From Promethearchaeota archaeon (GTDB lineage Archaea; Asgardarchaeota; Lokiarchaeia; Sigyniarchaeales; SOKP01): a stretch of 64,000 bases of DNA. A program made the position numbers and the translations under genes. Shown here piece after piece: positions 38,614 to 48,634 of the stretch (positions within the stretch are counted from its first letter, which is position 1; each line of letters starts with the position of its first letter). Location of the stretch: the NCBI GenBank assembly GCA_048937405.1, contig JBHLNF010000001.1, positions 192,001 through 256,000 of the forward strand. The letters run 5' to 3'. The notes beneath the pieces are model-generated. The model searched no databases, was not told the origin of the DNA, and saw only the letters and a list, made by a program, of their open reading frames with translations.

Positions 38614-39981
38614 ATGGTCGACTTGAATAAGATTATTGATTTTTTTAATAATATGGATATTCCTGAAGGCATGCTTAACAGAGGTCAACTTGTTTTAAAT
38701 GAGTTTTTGAATCCAATAAAAATCCTCTTTGAACAGAGATCTGTACCTCAAGAACCTTGGACAGATGATCAAATAGAATTTCTCCTCCAAACACTTTCAA
38801 ACATGGATACAGATAAAGATAAGAATGCTGCCAGGGTAGGTGAAAGAGAAGCAAGAATTGCTTCAAAACTCCATTTAAAAACATCAGCAGGATTTTGTCA
38901 TGGTGTAGGAAGAAGTGGTTTCTTAACAGCCCCTCAACCTAAAGCTCCAGGGGGATCTATCATGTATGAGCTTTCCAACTATTTAGCTCGATCCATTTTA
39001 AAAAAGTTCGGTCTTCCAAACATAAAGGACGCTATTGTAGTTCCATTATGTACTGGAATGTCATTATCCTTATCATTGGGTGCTTTAGGATCAAAACCAT
39101 CTGAGCAATCCTCTAATTTCAAAAGAACAGTGTTAGTTCCACAAATCGATCACAAATCAATTCTAAAATCAATTAATTTAATAGGTTTCAAAACAAAAAT
39201 TATTGAAGGGAAAATTTTTGGAGATGCTGTGAGGATTCCAATTGAAGATATAACAAGTAATTTAGATGAGGACTGTTTTGCAGTAATCTCAATAACAAGT
39301 TTTTTCCCACCTCGAGAACATGATAATATTAAGCAAATAAGTAAATTTGCTAAAGAAAATAATCTTATTCATATTGTTGTTAACGCTTATGGTGTACAAA
39401 GCCCTGAATGGATGGCATTAATTAAATCCGCCATTGATGCGGGGAGAGTAGATGCAATAATTCAGTCAACTGATAAAAATTTTCTTACCCCAGTAGGTGG
39501 AACTGTAATAGCCTCACCAATCAAAGAAAATATCATCAAAATAAGTCAAGCATATGCAGGTCGTGCTTCAGCAACTCCAGTTGTAAATTTTTTGATTTCA
39601 ATGTTATCATTAGGAATTTCTGGTTATCAAAGATTAATTACAGAGCAACAAAAGAATCGGAAAATTCTTGAAAGTAAACTAAGAGAAGTAGCTGAAAAAA
39701 TTAACGAGAGAATACTTGATGTCTTCAATCCAGTTGCGGTAGGATTATCACTAAAAACTCTAAAACAAGAACAATTATATGCACTTGGGGGGGCTTTGTA
39801 TAATTTAAGAGTTACTGGACCGAGAGTATTTAATCCTAATGAAAAAGTATTTGGAACATGTTGTAGCAATTATAACACTCCTTATATTATAATGAATGCT
39901 GCAATTGGAGCAACTGAAAATGATATTCTGTCTGCTGTTGAGAGATTTAAAAAAGCATATAAGCAGATTGTTAGAAAATAA
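38614..39981 (+). CDS. spcS: O-phosphoseryl-tRNA(Sec) selenium transferase (SepSecS)
   Basis: GEREAR, HGVGRSG...QPKAPG, QSTDKNF, YAGRAS. Confidence 0.95.
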   Translation: MVDLNKIIDFFNNMDIPEGMLNRGQLVLNEFLNPIKILFEQRSVPQEPWTDDQIEFLLQTLSNMDTDKDKNAARVGEREARIASKLHLKTSAGFCHGVGRSGFLTAPQPKAPGGSIMYELSNYLARSILKKFGLPNIKDAIVVPLCTGMSLSLSLGALGSKPSEQSSNFKRTVLVPQIDHKSILKSINLIGFKTKIIEGKIFGDAVRIPIEDITSNLDEDCFAVISITSFFPPREHDNIKQISKFAKENNLIHIVVNAYGVQSPEWMALIKSAIDAGRVDAIIQSTDKNFLTPVGGTVIASPIKENIIKISQAYAGRASATPVVNFLISMLSLGISGYQRLITEQQKNRKILESKLREVAEKINERILDVFNPVAVGLSLKTLKQEQLYALGGALYNLRVTGPRVFNPNEKVFGTCCSNYNTPYIIMNAAIGATENDILSAVERFKKAYKQIVRK

Positions 39982-40102
39982 AATTATTCTAATATAATTT
40001 AATATTCTATTTTAACAGAAATAAAAATAAATAAAAGCTAGAAGTTCTATATTTTAATAAAAATTATTTAAACAATGCTAAATTGATCAGTGGAGAATTG
40101 CA

Positions 40103-40783
40103 ATGGAAAACAGACTGTTAGACCAATTTAATAATGTTATTATTTCTCAGTGGCCTTCTAAACAAATAGAAGTAGTATATAATCCTTTAAATCCCCGAGA
40201 ATTATTTGAAATAGCGTATCACACTGTTAATTCAGTAACTATGAGAAATATCTACATCAAACAATCTGCAAATGAAGATCAAGGAGGATCTAAAGCTATT
40301 TTTTACTCAAACAGCAAAAAATTTATAGTTATTGACGCTTTAGAAAATAACTTAACAATAACTAAATATTTTAGTGAAGGGACTACTGGAGATAAAATTA
40401 TAACAGAAATTCAACCCTTATTTATGAGAAGGAAAGAGAATTTTGCTAAAGAAGATACAGAAGCGAAAACTCAGATTTTAAAAAGCATTTTAGTAGAGAG
40501 AAAACTTGATGAATGTACAAATTTAGTATTGTTAAAAGGGATTAATCGAAAGATTTATTTCGCTATAGGTGATGCGAGAGAATCTGCTGCTGTTGTTCCA
40601 ATCTTTATGGAAGCTGAAGGGGCAAGTTTAGTACAATTAGCTTTGAATAAATGGATGGAAACCGCTCAGAGATTAGAACAAGAGCATAATTTTCCTGATA
40701 ACCTTATTCCCGGTATTATTAAGAATCTAACACAGATAAAAAGATGGTTACTCGATTTAATCAGTTCATTTTTAGATAAATGA
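40103..40783 (+). CDS. Hypothetical protein
   Basis: 226-aa ORF, no recognised motif. Confidence 0.75.
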   Translation: MENRLLDQFNNVIISQWPSKQIEVVYNPLNPRELFEIAYHTVNSVTMRNIYIKQSANEDQGGSKAIFYSNSKKFIVIDALENNLTITKYFSEGTTGDKIITEIQPLFMRRKENFAKEDTEAKTQILKSILVERKLDECTNLVLLKGINRKIYFAIGDARESAAVVPIFMEAEGASLVQLALNKWMETAQRLEQEHNFPDNLIPGIIKNLTQIKRWLLDLISSFLDK

Positions 40784-41102
40784 TAATCCTTACTTTTCCT
40801 ATATTGATTAAAAATTAAGTTTGTAGAGATTTAATATTAATAATTGTTGCTATTTTTTCAAAATAGAACTCTTTTTTTTTGATTTCTTTTATTAACTTTA
40901 TTATAAAATTCCTTTAATTTTTGATAAAATCTATTATCTAAAAAATTAATGAATTCAAATTAAGTCAAAGAATAAAATATAGAAATTTCAATTTAATTAC
41001 AAAAAATAAAATTTTTAAGCAGAATAAATTAAGACTACTTCTAAAATAGTAAATAGATTATATAGAAAAACGTGAAATGCATGTTTCACGAACAAAAAAA
41101 AA

Positions 41103-41283
41103 TGGGCCATCGGGGATTTGAACCCCGGATCTCAGGTTTTTACTGTATACGAACATAATTATCAACGTACTTTGTCTGTTCGTAGGTCATTTATAAGACC
41201 TGCGCTTGTTGACCAAGCTTGCAAACCTGTTAACCATTTCAGTCATCTAAAGAAGCTTTAAATGAAAGCTAAGCAAATGGCCC
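41103..41283 (-). tRNA. tRNA-Ile (UAU) with three introns (41237-41266, 41208-41230, 41138-41190)
   Basis: Spliced product GGGCCAT TT GCTT AGCTTGGTTA AAGC G CAGGT CTTATAA ACCTG AGATC CGGGG TTCAAAT CCCCG ATGGCCC A; BHB-type motifs at each junction. Confidence 0.82.
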
Positions 41284-41459
41284 CGCGATAGTATTGTATT
41301 CGATTCTTTTTCTAGCGTTTGAAATATTTTATTTTATAATGTCAAAAGGTACAAAAAGATAAAAATTTTTTTATTGGTGTAATCTGTTATATTTATAATT
41401 GAAGAAAAAAATGAGACTTAAGTTAAATACTAAAAATAATCTAAAAATGTTGATGTTCA

Positions 41460-41873
41460 ATGGCTGAAATGTTAACAGATCTCCTTCAGAATATCTATAA
41501 GAGGATTGCTCAGCTTGGTCAAGCAATCCAAGAGTTAAAGACATCATTAGATGAACTTAATCAAAATATTGAACAAAAAATTTCAAATTTAACAGAAAAA
41601 TTAGATGAATTTTCTAATGAGATTAATGTTACACAAACTAAGCATATTGATGCTGTAAAGGAAATTGGAGAAGGCACAACGAAAGAATTGAAAACTATTC
41701 AAGAAGGTTTAGGTTTAGAAGCTTTAAAAAATCTAATTAAAAAACTTGAGGAATTTGCTAAACTTTCTGAGGGTATTCTTAATCAAGATACTGTGAATTT
41801 ATTATTATCTGAAGCAATTGACTCAGTTAAAAATCTTAAAGAATCTATTAGAGAAGAAGAGGTAGTTGAATAA
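41460..41873 (+). CDS. Coiled-coil protein
   Basis: Heptad-rich, all-helical 137 aa. Confidence 0.75.
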   Translation: MAEMLTDLLQNIYKRIAQLGQAIQELKTSLDELNQNIEQKISNLTEKLDEFSNEINVTQTKHIDAVKEIGEGTTKELKTIQEGLGLEALKNLIKKLEEFAKLSEGILNQDTVNLLLSEAIDSVKNLKESIREEEVVE

Positions 41874-41898
41874 AAAATTAAAGTTTCATTAAAATAGG

Positions 41899-42327
41899 GT
41901 GGAAAAAATGGCTGAACAATTATTAGATGAGATGATACAAAAAATAAATCAAATTATGGCTTCTTTAGATGGAACAATCGCACAAATTAACCAAATGAGC
42001 GGAGCTATTAATCAAATGAGCCAAAGTTTTTCTGAACAAACGGTTGCTATGACAGAAAATATTAGATTAATTGTTGAAGTGTTAAAACAGTTTAGAGTTC
42101 AATCTAGTAAGAGTCTTCAGGAACTTTCGGATGATTTTAACCAAAAAATAAAAGAACTATGGGATAAAAAATCTATTGAAGCAATTACAGAAGAAGAAAT
42201 TAAATCAATTAGTATTATAAAACAAGCTTCAAAAGCAGTAAGTGATAATCTCTATTATGCTCAATTACTAAACATAATACAATCAATAAGAGAAGAAACA
42301 AACAGGATAATTAGTTCTAGTCAATAA
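41899..42327 (+). CDS. Coiled-coil protein
   Basis: Heptad-rich, 142 aa, co-oriented with the previous gene. Confidence 0.75.
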   Translation: MEKMAEQLLDEMIQKINQIMASLDGTIAQINQMSGAINQMSQSFSEQTVAMTENIRLIVEVLKQFRVQSSKSLQELSDDFNQKIKELWDKKSIEAITEEEIKSISIIKQASKAVSDNLYYAQLLNIIQSIREETNRIISSSQ

Positions 42328-42419
42328 TAAATTTTTAATTTTTTTCTACTTACTCCCAATTTAATTTTGTAAATAAAAAATAAAAAGGTGAATTTTTTCT
42401 TATACCAATTGGTTGTTTT

Positions 42420-43307
42420 GTGATATTACTTCCAAATGATGCTGATTATAAGGTTATGGGATATTATTTTAAAGAGAGTAACTCTGATTTTAAAATTTCA
42501 AACGATTTGTTTCTCCGGCTAAATCTTGATCATTCTAAAAATGAATATAATTTATTAAAATTAAAGGATTATCAAATTTTCTCATATCTCTATAATTTTA
42601 AAGGTAAATTAACTCTAAAGGCCTCTGGACTCATTATTGGCTTACTCTTAAATGAGAATGATGAACCAGAAAAATTTCGATCATCTCTTAAAGCTGGGGC
42701 TGAAGCATTCGAAATTCCTAGTCTCAACATTTTGAAAAAATCGACAAATGAATTTGAAATTCTATTAAAGGAGATTTACTTAGAGCATTTAGAACCATTA
42801 GGTGATAGTTTGGAACCTGAAGCTTTAAAAAACAATATTATAAACATAACTAAATTTATGATCAGTGGTGGAAAAAAAGAAAGAAAAATTGCTCAAGAAC
42901 TAGTAGAGAAAATTGAATTAGGGGAACATAATAAAATTTCTGAGTTTTACAAAATGGCTGAAAATGCTATTAAATCGTTAGATTATGAGAAAGCTGCAAA
43001 ATTTTACTTAAAAGCTTCTGAAATAGCTGAAGGGTTATATGTAATGGATATAGCTTCCTTCCTTAAAGAAAAAGGTGCGTTTTCTCAACAAATTCCCGAT
43101 TTATCAAAAGAAAGAGAAAGAATTGTACAAGAAGCACGAAATGCTCTTAGAAATGAAGATTTTCATAAAGCATATACCTCTTACAGAAAAGCAAGCAGTA
43201 TCTCTAAAAAACTTATTCAATATGATAAAGAAGAGGAATATAGACTAAAATCAAAAGCGTTAGAAGACTTCTATAAAATTGATGAAAAATATAGAAAAAA
43301 TAAATAA
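42420..43307 (+). CDS. Longin-like N-terminus plus TPR-like repeats (possible ATA start at 42402)
   Basis: DYEKAAKFYLKASEIA and DFHKAYTSYRKAS helical repeats; in-frame (I)PIGCFVIL upstream. Confidence 0.6.
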   Translation: MILLPNDADYKVMGYYFKESNSDFKISNDLFLRLNLDHSKNEYNLLKLKDYQIFSYLYNFKGKLTLKASGLIIGLLLNENDEPEKFRSSLKAGAEAFEIPSLNILKKSTNEFEILLKEIYLEHLEPLGDSLEPEALKNNIINITKFMISGGKKERKIAQELVEKIELGEHNKISEFYKMAENAIKSLDYEKAAKFYLKASEIAEGLYVMDIASFLKEKGAFSQQIPDLSKERERIVQEARNALRNEDFHKAYTSYRKASSISKKLIQYDKEEEYRLKSKALEDFYKIDEKYRKNK

Positions 43308-43369
43308 ATTTCTCTTGTTTAATTTTTATAAATAATTAATTCTACAAAAGTTCTTGTTTATTCCTCGAT

Positions 43370-44200
43370 ATGGCAGATTTTAATCAAAAAATAATATGTT
43401 TAATCACTGATTTCGGTTTAAAAGGTCAACATTATGTAGCAAGCATGAAAGCAGTTATTTTAAAAATCAATTCTAATATAAATATAATTGATATATCTCA
43501 TCACATTTCTCCATATTCTATAATTGAAGCCTCTTATGTATTAAAAACTACATATAGATATTTTCCTGAAGGAACAGTGTTTATTATTGTAGTGGATCCG
43601 GGTGTTGGAGGATCTCGAGAAATATTAGCTTTTAAAACCAAATCAAACTATTATTTTATTGGACCAAATAATGGTATTTTTTCAGAAACACTTACAGCTC
43701 TTATCTCTGAATGTGTAGAAATTCAAAATGATGAATTCTTTCATAATCCAATTTCTAAAACATTTCATGGAAGAGATATAATGGCACCTGTTGGGGCATA
43801 TATACACAATGATATCCCCTTAGATAGATTTGGACCAAAATTTAGTCCTGAAAATATAATAGAATCCCCTGTTGTTTACAAGTTAGACATAGAAATGAAA
43901 TCTATTCAGTGTATAATTCAGTATATCGATTCTTTTGGAAATGGGACAACCAACATCCCAATTATTAATAATAAAATATTAAATAGTGAATTAGAGTTAA
44001 AGGAAGATAAAAAAATAAAAGTGAATATCAAAGAAAAGAGATATGAAGGACGAATTGCCTCTCATTTCTCTAGTCTTCCTATTAAATCAATACTATTCCT
44101 TGTTGGATCAACTGGTTTTCTTGAAATTTCACTTAACCAGGGAAATGCTTCAAAAGAATTAGGTTTTAATGTTGGAGATACTATAACAATAAATCTTTAG
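43370..44200 (+). CDS. SAM hydrolase / SAM-dependent halogenase family (DUF62)
   Basis: ITDFG, VVDPGVG, GPNNG, TFHGRDIMAP, YIDSFGN. Confidence 0.93.
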   Translation: MADFNQKIICLITDFGLKGQHYVASMKAVILKINSNINIIDISHHISPYSIIEASYVLKTTYRYFPEGTVFIIVVDPGVGGSREILAFKTKSNYYFIGPNNGIFSETLTALISECVEIQNDEFFHNPISKTFHGRDIMAPVGAYIHNDIPLDRFGPKFSPENIIESPVVYKLDIEMKSIQCIIQYIDSFGNGTTNIPIINNKILNSELELKEDKKIKVNIKEKRYEGRIASHFSSLPIKSILFLVGSTGFLEISLNQGNASKELGFNVGDTITINL

Positions 44201-44217
44201 GAAGGAATTATAAAGGT

Positions 44218-45351
44218 ATGGAAAAAGAAATTCTGGCATGTATAGAAGAAAAAAATAAAAAATTTTTAGAATCAGGTCAGATTTCAAAATATATTTTTCC
44301 ATTGGAACGATCAGAGGCTCATAAAAAGAATATATGTCATTTAGTTACAAGATTTTTTATAATGTCCCAAAATTTAAAACAAAATACATTTTTTCTCGTC
44401 CAAAAACGAGGAAAAAACAAAAATGAATTTCCTGGATATTATACTGACTCTTCTTCTGGACATGTAATCTGGGAGAAAAATTTGAATCTAAACAAAATCA
44501 AGCAAAATGCTATTAGAGAACTTGAAGAGGAATTTGGTATTCCCCCTAAAGCTATTCAAAAGATGAAATTTCATGATATATCTGATGAAGGAGATGAAAT
44601 AGCATATATTTTTTTTGGGATTGTAGATATGAATATTCTATTAAAACCTAATCCTGCAGAATTAGATGTTAACTCAAGCAGGTTTTATAGTAGAACTGAA
44701 CTTCATAAATTATTAGAGAATGAAAAAAATGTTGATCATTCAAAGAAGATATGGAAAACTATATTGAATACTGATATTTCTTCTCTATTTAAGAAAGACG
44801 ATAAACAACCTTATGAAAATAAAGGCTCTGTTGCATTATTTATTGGCAGATTCCAACCATTACATCATGGACATATTTATGTACTCAACACTATTTTAAA
44901 ATCTTATAAAAAAGTCAAAATTGGCATAGGAAGTTCTCAACTTTCTCATACTCTTAATGATCCATTTTCAAGTGAAGAAAGAAAGAAATTTATTGATGCA
45001 GCACTAAAAAAAAGAGAAATATCTTCAAATCAATATGAAATATTTTTTATTCCCGATATATTCAATGCTAAAAAATGGGTTGATCATGTAATCTCCATTG
45101 TGGGGAATTTCAGTTCAGTATATTCTAATAGTGATTGGGTAAGAGAATTATTTCTTAATAAAGAGATTAAAATTGAGAAGAAAATAATAATTTTTAAAAA
45201 AAAATTTAATGGGAATCATATAAGAAAATTAATTATTAATAATGATAAAAAGTGGAGGAGTTTAGTTCCAAAAGAAGTTGTCGAATTGATTGAAAATTTT
45301 GAAGGAATAAAAAGAATCAAATCATTATACACTGAAGAAAAGAACTTATGA
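44218..45351 (+). CDS. Nudix domain plus nicotinamide-nucleotide adenylyltransferase fusion
   Basis: QKRG...PGYY.SSSGH...AIRELEEEFGI; FIGRFQPLHHGH, IGSSQ, FNGNHIR. Confidence 0.85.
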   Translation: MEKEILACIEEKNKKFLESGQISKYIFPLERSEAHKKNICHLVTRFFIMSQNLKQNTFFLVQKRGKNKNEFPGYYTDSSSGHVIWEKNLNLNKIKQNAIRELEEEFGIPPKAIQKMKFHDISDEGDEIAYIFFGIVDMNILLKPNPAELDVNSSRFYSRTELHKLLENEKNVDHSKKIWKTILNTDISSLFKKDDKQPYENKGSVALFIGRFQPLHHGHIYVLNTILKSYKKVKIGIGSSQLSHTLNDPFSSEERKKFIDAALKKREISSNQYEIFFIPDIFNAKKWVDHVISIVGNFSSVYSNSDWVRELFLNKEIKIEKKIIIFKKKFNGNHIRKLIINNDKKWRSLVPKEVVELIENFEGIKRIKSLYTEEKNL

Positions 45352-46409
45352 AAGACTCAGAATTTATAGAAGTTGATGGTTCCTTTGGAGAAGGAGGAGG
45401 AGCAATACTTCGATTAGCGGCAGGGCTTTCTATTCTTATTAAACGCCCAATCCGAATAAAAAATATCCGTGCAAATAGACCCAAACCAGGATTACGATTA
45501 CAACATTTAGTAGGTCTACAAACTTTATCTGAAATTACATCTAGCACTTTATCAGATTGTAAAGTTGGTACTGGAGAAATTACACTATATCCTAAACATT
45601 CATTTAAAGATAAAATGAATGTTAAGATTGCTACAGCAGGTAGTATAGGATTATTGCTCCAACCGATTCAGATCGCATGTTTGGGACTTAAGGAGCCAGA
45701 GAAAATTGAGTTATTTATTAATGGAGGGGGGACGTTTGGTAAATGGGCTCCAAGTCTTAATTATCTTAAAAATGTAACATATCAGATTTTTCAAAACCAT
45801 GGATTTAATATTGAAATTAATATTGAGAAACATGGTTTTTATCCAAAGGGGGGTGCCATAGTTAAATGCACTCTATATCCTCCTAAAAATAACCTCAAGC
45901 CAATTTTATTGACAAAAATTGGAGAGATAACAAAAATTCGTGGTGAAATAATTATTACAAACCAATTAAGAAGAAGTAAAATTGGAGAACGAATTAAACT
46001 CTCTGTTATAAATCAATTAAATAAAGTTTTAGATTGTGATTTTAAAATTGATATCATTTATGTAGAGTCCTTAAGTTCAGGAGTAGGCCTCTCTTTATGG
46101 ACACATTCAGATACAGGAGCTATTATTTCCTCAGGAACAATATTAGGTGAACGATCAATTACCTCAGAGAAGCTTGGTAAAATTGCTGCTAATGAAATTC
46201 TTAAATATATTAAAAATGCAATTCCAGTTGATAATTATCTAAGTGATCAATTAATTCCTTTTATGGGATTTCTCAAAAAACCATCAAAAATGAAAGTCCT
46301 CGAGCTTACAAGTCATACTAAAACTAACTTAGAATTGATTAAATTATTTCTTAATCGAAATTATCATATCAAACCAGAAAATACACATTGCATAATTAAA
46401 TTTCAATAA
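45348..46409 (+). CDS. rtcA: RNA 3'-terminal phosphate cyclase
   Basis: DGSFGEGGGAILR, IRANRPKPGL..QH, GFYPKGG, SDQLIP, H.KTN. Confidence 0.93.
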   Translation: MKDSEFIEVDGSFGEGGGAILRLAAGLSILIKRPIRIKNIRANRPKPGLRLQHLVGLQTLSEITSSTLSDCKVGTGEITLYPKHSFKDKMNVKIATAGSIGLLLQPIQIACLGLKEPEKIELFINGGGTFGKWAPSLNYLKNVTYQIFQNHGFNIEINIEKHGFYPKGGAIVKCTLYPPKNNLKPILLTKIGEITKIRGEIIITNQLRRSKIGERIKLSVINQLNKVLDCDFKIDIIYVESLSSGVGLSLWTHSDTGAIISSGTILGERSITSEKLGKIAANEILKYIKNAIPVDNYLSDQLIPFMGFLKKPSKMKVLELTSHTKTNLELIKLFLNRNYHIKPENTHCIIKFQ

Positions 46410-46531
46410 TATTGAAAAAATATTATTTACAGAAAATTAAAATTTGGATTTAATGAAAAAATTAGAAGAAATTTTTATAAGATTATTTTATTATATGTTT
46501 ATTATAAAAATTATTTAAACTTCCCAAAAGA

Positions 46532-47482
46532 ATGTCTCAGACGGTTGCTGCATTTCAGCGTTGTCCTAGATGTGGAAATGAGAATAGTGCTGACGTTTTT
46601 GCCTGTAATTTCTGTGGTTTTAGATTAAAAATTGAAAGGATTGAATCAATTAGATTTTTTCGGAGATATGAAGCTGAGTGGACTACTCCCTATCCATGGT
46701 ATATGAAAATTTTATATCTTTTTACAAATCCCCCAAAAGCATTTCATGATATTAATCATAAAAGAAGTAAAGCTCCTGGGTGGATGATTCTATTCTTTAT
46801 TTCACTCTTATATGGTTTAATGGGTTTGGCTTTCTTTTCACATTTTAATTTTACTGGAACCACCTTATTTCTGGATTTCCTATTTAATTTAAGCTTTTTT
46901 GTATCTTTTTTCGTGTTTGGGTATATTTTTCATTTAATCTATTTTGCAATTCTAATTTGGCTATTTACAAAAGGAGCAAATTATGCTGTAGGGTTCTCAG
47001 ATAGATTAGAAAAACGTTTTAGTGCATTAAGAGAACAAAGGGAAAAGTATAAAGAAACAGATGTGAGCCCATTTAGTATTTATAAAGGAGGTACTATGTT
47101 ACACTTAGAAGGGGCATTTAAATTTAAAATGCTGTTATGTGCATTTACTCCGTTTTTATTAATAACTGCTATTAAAATTCTAATTGTCCTTGCTGGTTTT
47201 CCAACTGTTGAGGTACCTGTTGATTTATCTAACCAACAACAAATCGATGCTGCCATTGAAAATATTGCTGATGTCACTTTTCAAATGTTTAATTCTCCAA
47301 CTTGGGCCGTTATAGATATAATCGATGCTGTAATCATCGCATCTTGGGTGCCAATTTTGATGACACTAGCAATAAGAGAATTAAGTAATTCTTCCACTAC
47401 TCGAGTCCTTATCTCGACTATTATCATTGGTGTTATTGTCGCAATTCTATTCTATTTTCTGCGCCCAACATTATTTGGGTAA
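46532..47482 (+). CDS. Zinc-ribbon plus Yip1-like membrane protein
   Basis: CPRCG...CNFCG; LFTNPPKAFHDI followed by about 5 TM helices. Confidence 0.7.
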   Translation: MSQTVAAFQRCPRCGNENSADVFACNFCGFRLKIERIESIRFFRRYEAEWTTPYPWYMKILYLFTNPPKAFHDINHKRSKAPGWMILFFISLLYGLMGLAFFSHFNFTGTTLFLDFLFNLSFFVSFFVFGYIFHLIYFAILIWLFTKGANYAVGFSDRLEKRFSALREQREKYKETDVSPFSIYKGGTMLHLEGAFKFKMLLCAFTPFLLITAIKILIVLAGFPTVEVPVDLSNQQQIDAAIENIADVTFQMFNSPTWAVIDIIDAVIIASWVPILMTLAIRELSNSSTTRVLISTIIIGVIVAILFYFLRPTLFG

Positions 47483-47554
47483 ATTTATTAGTTCTCAATC
47501 CAAAGGATATTTAAAAATTCTCATTTTATTTTTAATAATTTATTCAAGCAAAAC

Positions 47555-48175
47555 ATGGTTGAAGACAATAATAATCTGGAAAATAATTCTAAAATCGAAT
47601 CTGAGCTTTTTGCGCTAGTAAAATCTATTACAACCCTAAATAATAAATATCAGAAAGGGATCGTGAATGAAAATTTTTTCAGAAAGACTTTAAAGAACGC
47701 TATGAATAATTTATTAAAATTAAATTTGGTTTTAAAAGAAAATCATATTCAGATGGCAGATCTCTTGAAAGAAATGAACCTCTCTCAAGAATATAACTCA
47801 GTAATAGAAATAATTAACCGTGTATCTTCCATAAATATGATAAATGATACGCAGGAGATGAAAAAACACACCTTTTTAGAATTACCTGGTATTACATCAG
47901 AAATTACCTCATCTTTTATTACACTTATGGATGCATTAACATTAGAAGGATTAAGAAAGAAAGATTTAATTTTAAAATTATTTAATGAATTAAACCACCA
48001 TTTAGGCAACTTTCCTGGATTAGATGATATTTTATCTGAGAGTGAATTAATTCAAAAAAATATTCAAAATCATTTTGATAAAATTAGCTCAAACTCAGCC
48101 TTTAATGACAAGTTAATAGATGAATTATATCAATTATTTAAAGAATTTCAAAATAGATTGCACATACAACCTTAA
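47555..48175 (+). CDS. Vps28-like ESCRT-I subunit
   Basis: SELFALVKSITTLNNKYQKGIV (N-terminal) and EITSSFITLMDAL (Vps28 CTD signature). Confidence 0.7.
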   Translation: MVEDNNNLENNSKIESELFALVKSITTLNNKYQKGIVNENFFRKTLKNAMNNLLKLNLVLKENHIQMADLLKEMNLSQEYNSVIEIINRVSSINMINDTQEMKKHTFLELPGITSEITSSFITLMDALTLEGLRKKDLILKLFNELNHHLGNFPGLDDILSESELIQKNIQNHFDKISSNSAFNDKLIDELYQLFKEFQNRLHIQP

Positions 48176-48259
48176 GGAAAATAATAAAATTAATATTTTT
48201 TTAGCAATTTAAAACTATAAACAGTTTATATTCATCTTACAAAAAAAAAGGTAATAATA

Positions 48260-48529
48260 ATTCCTCGTCCCAGTTTACGATCAAAAGCTCAAGCAAGAAA
48301 AAAATTGAGTACTCCAGGCAATAAAAATGTTACTCATTACTGGAGAAGAAAACCTAAAAGAGCAAATTGCGCAATATGCAAAAAACCACTTCAGTCTATT
48401 CCAAGATTACGCCCCTCTAAAATGGTGAAAACACGAAAAACTGCAAGAAGAACAAACAGAATAGAAAGTGGAAGGTATTGTGCAAAATGTCTTCAGACTT
48501 TAATAAAAGAAGCTGTTTGGAGTCAGTAA
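48260..48529 (+). CDS. rpl34e: 50S ribosomal protein eL34; apparent ATT start
   Basis: (I)PRPSLRSKAQARKKLSTPG; CAICKKPL; CAKCL. Confidence 0.93.
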   Translation: MPRPSLRSKAQARKKLSTPGNKNVTHYWRRKPKRANCAICKKPLQSIPRLRPSKMVKTRKTARRTNRIESGRYCAKCLQTLIKEAVWSQ

Positions 48530-48634
48530 TTCTTATCTATTATTTTATAAAATTATATTAATTTTCAGTAAAAATCATAAACTATACCCTTCTAAATAGA
48601 TTAAAATAATATCTTAAAATAGCCAGCTATTATT

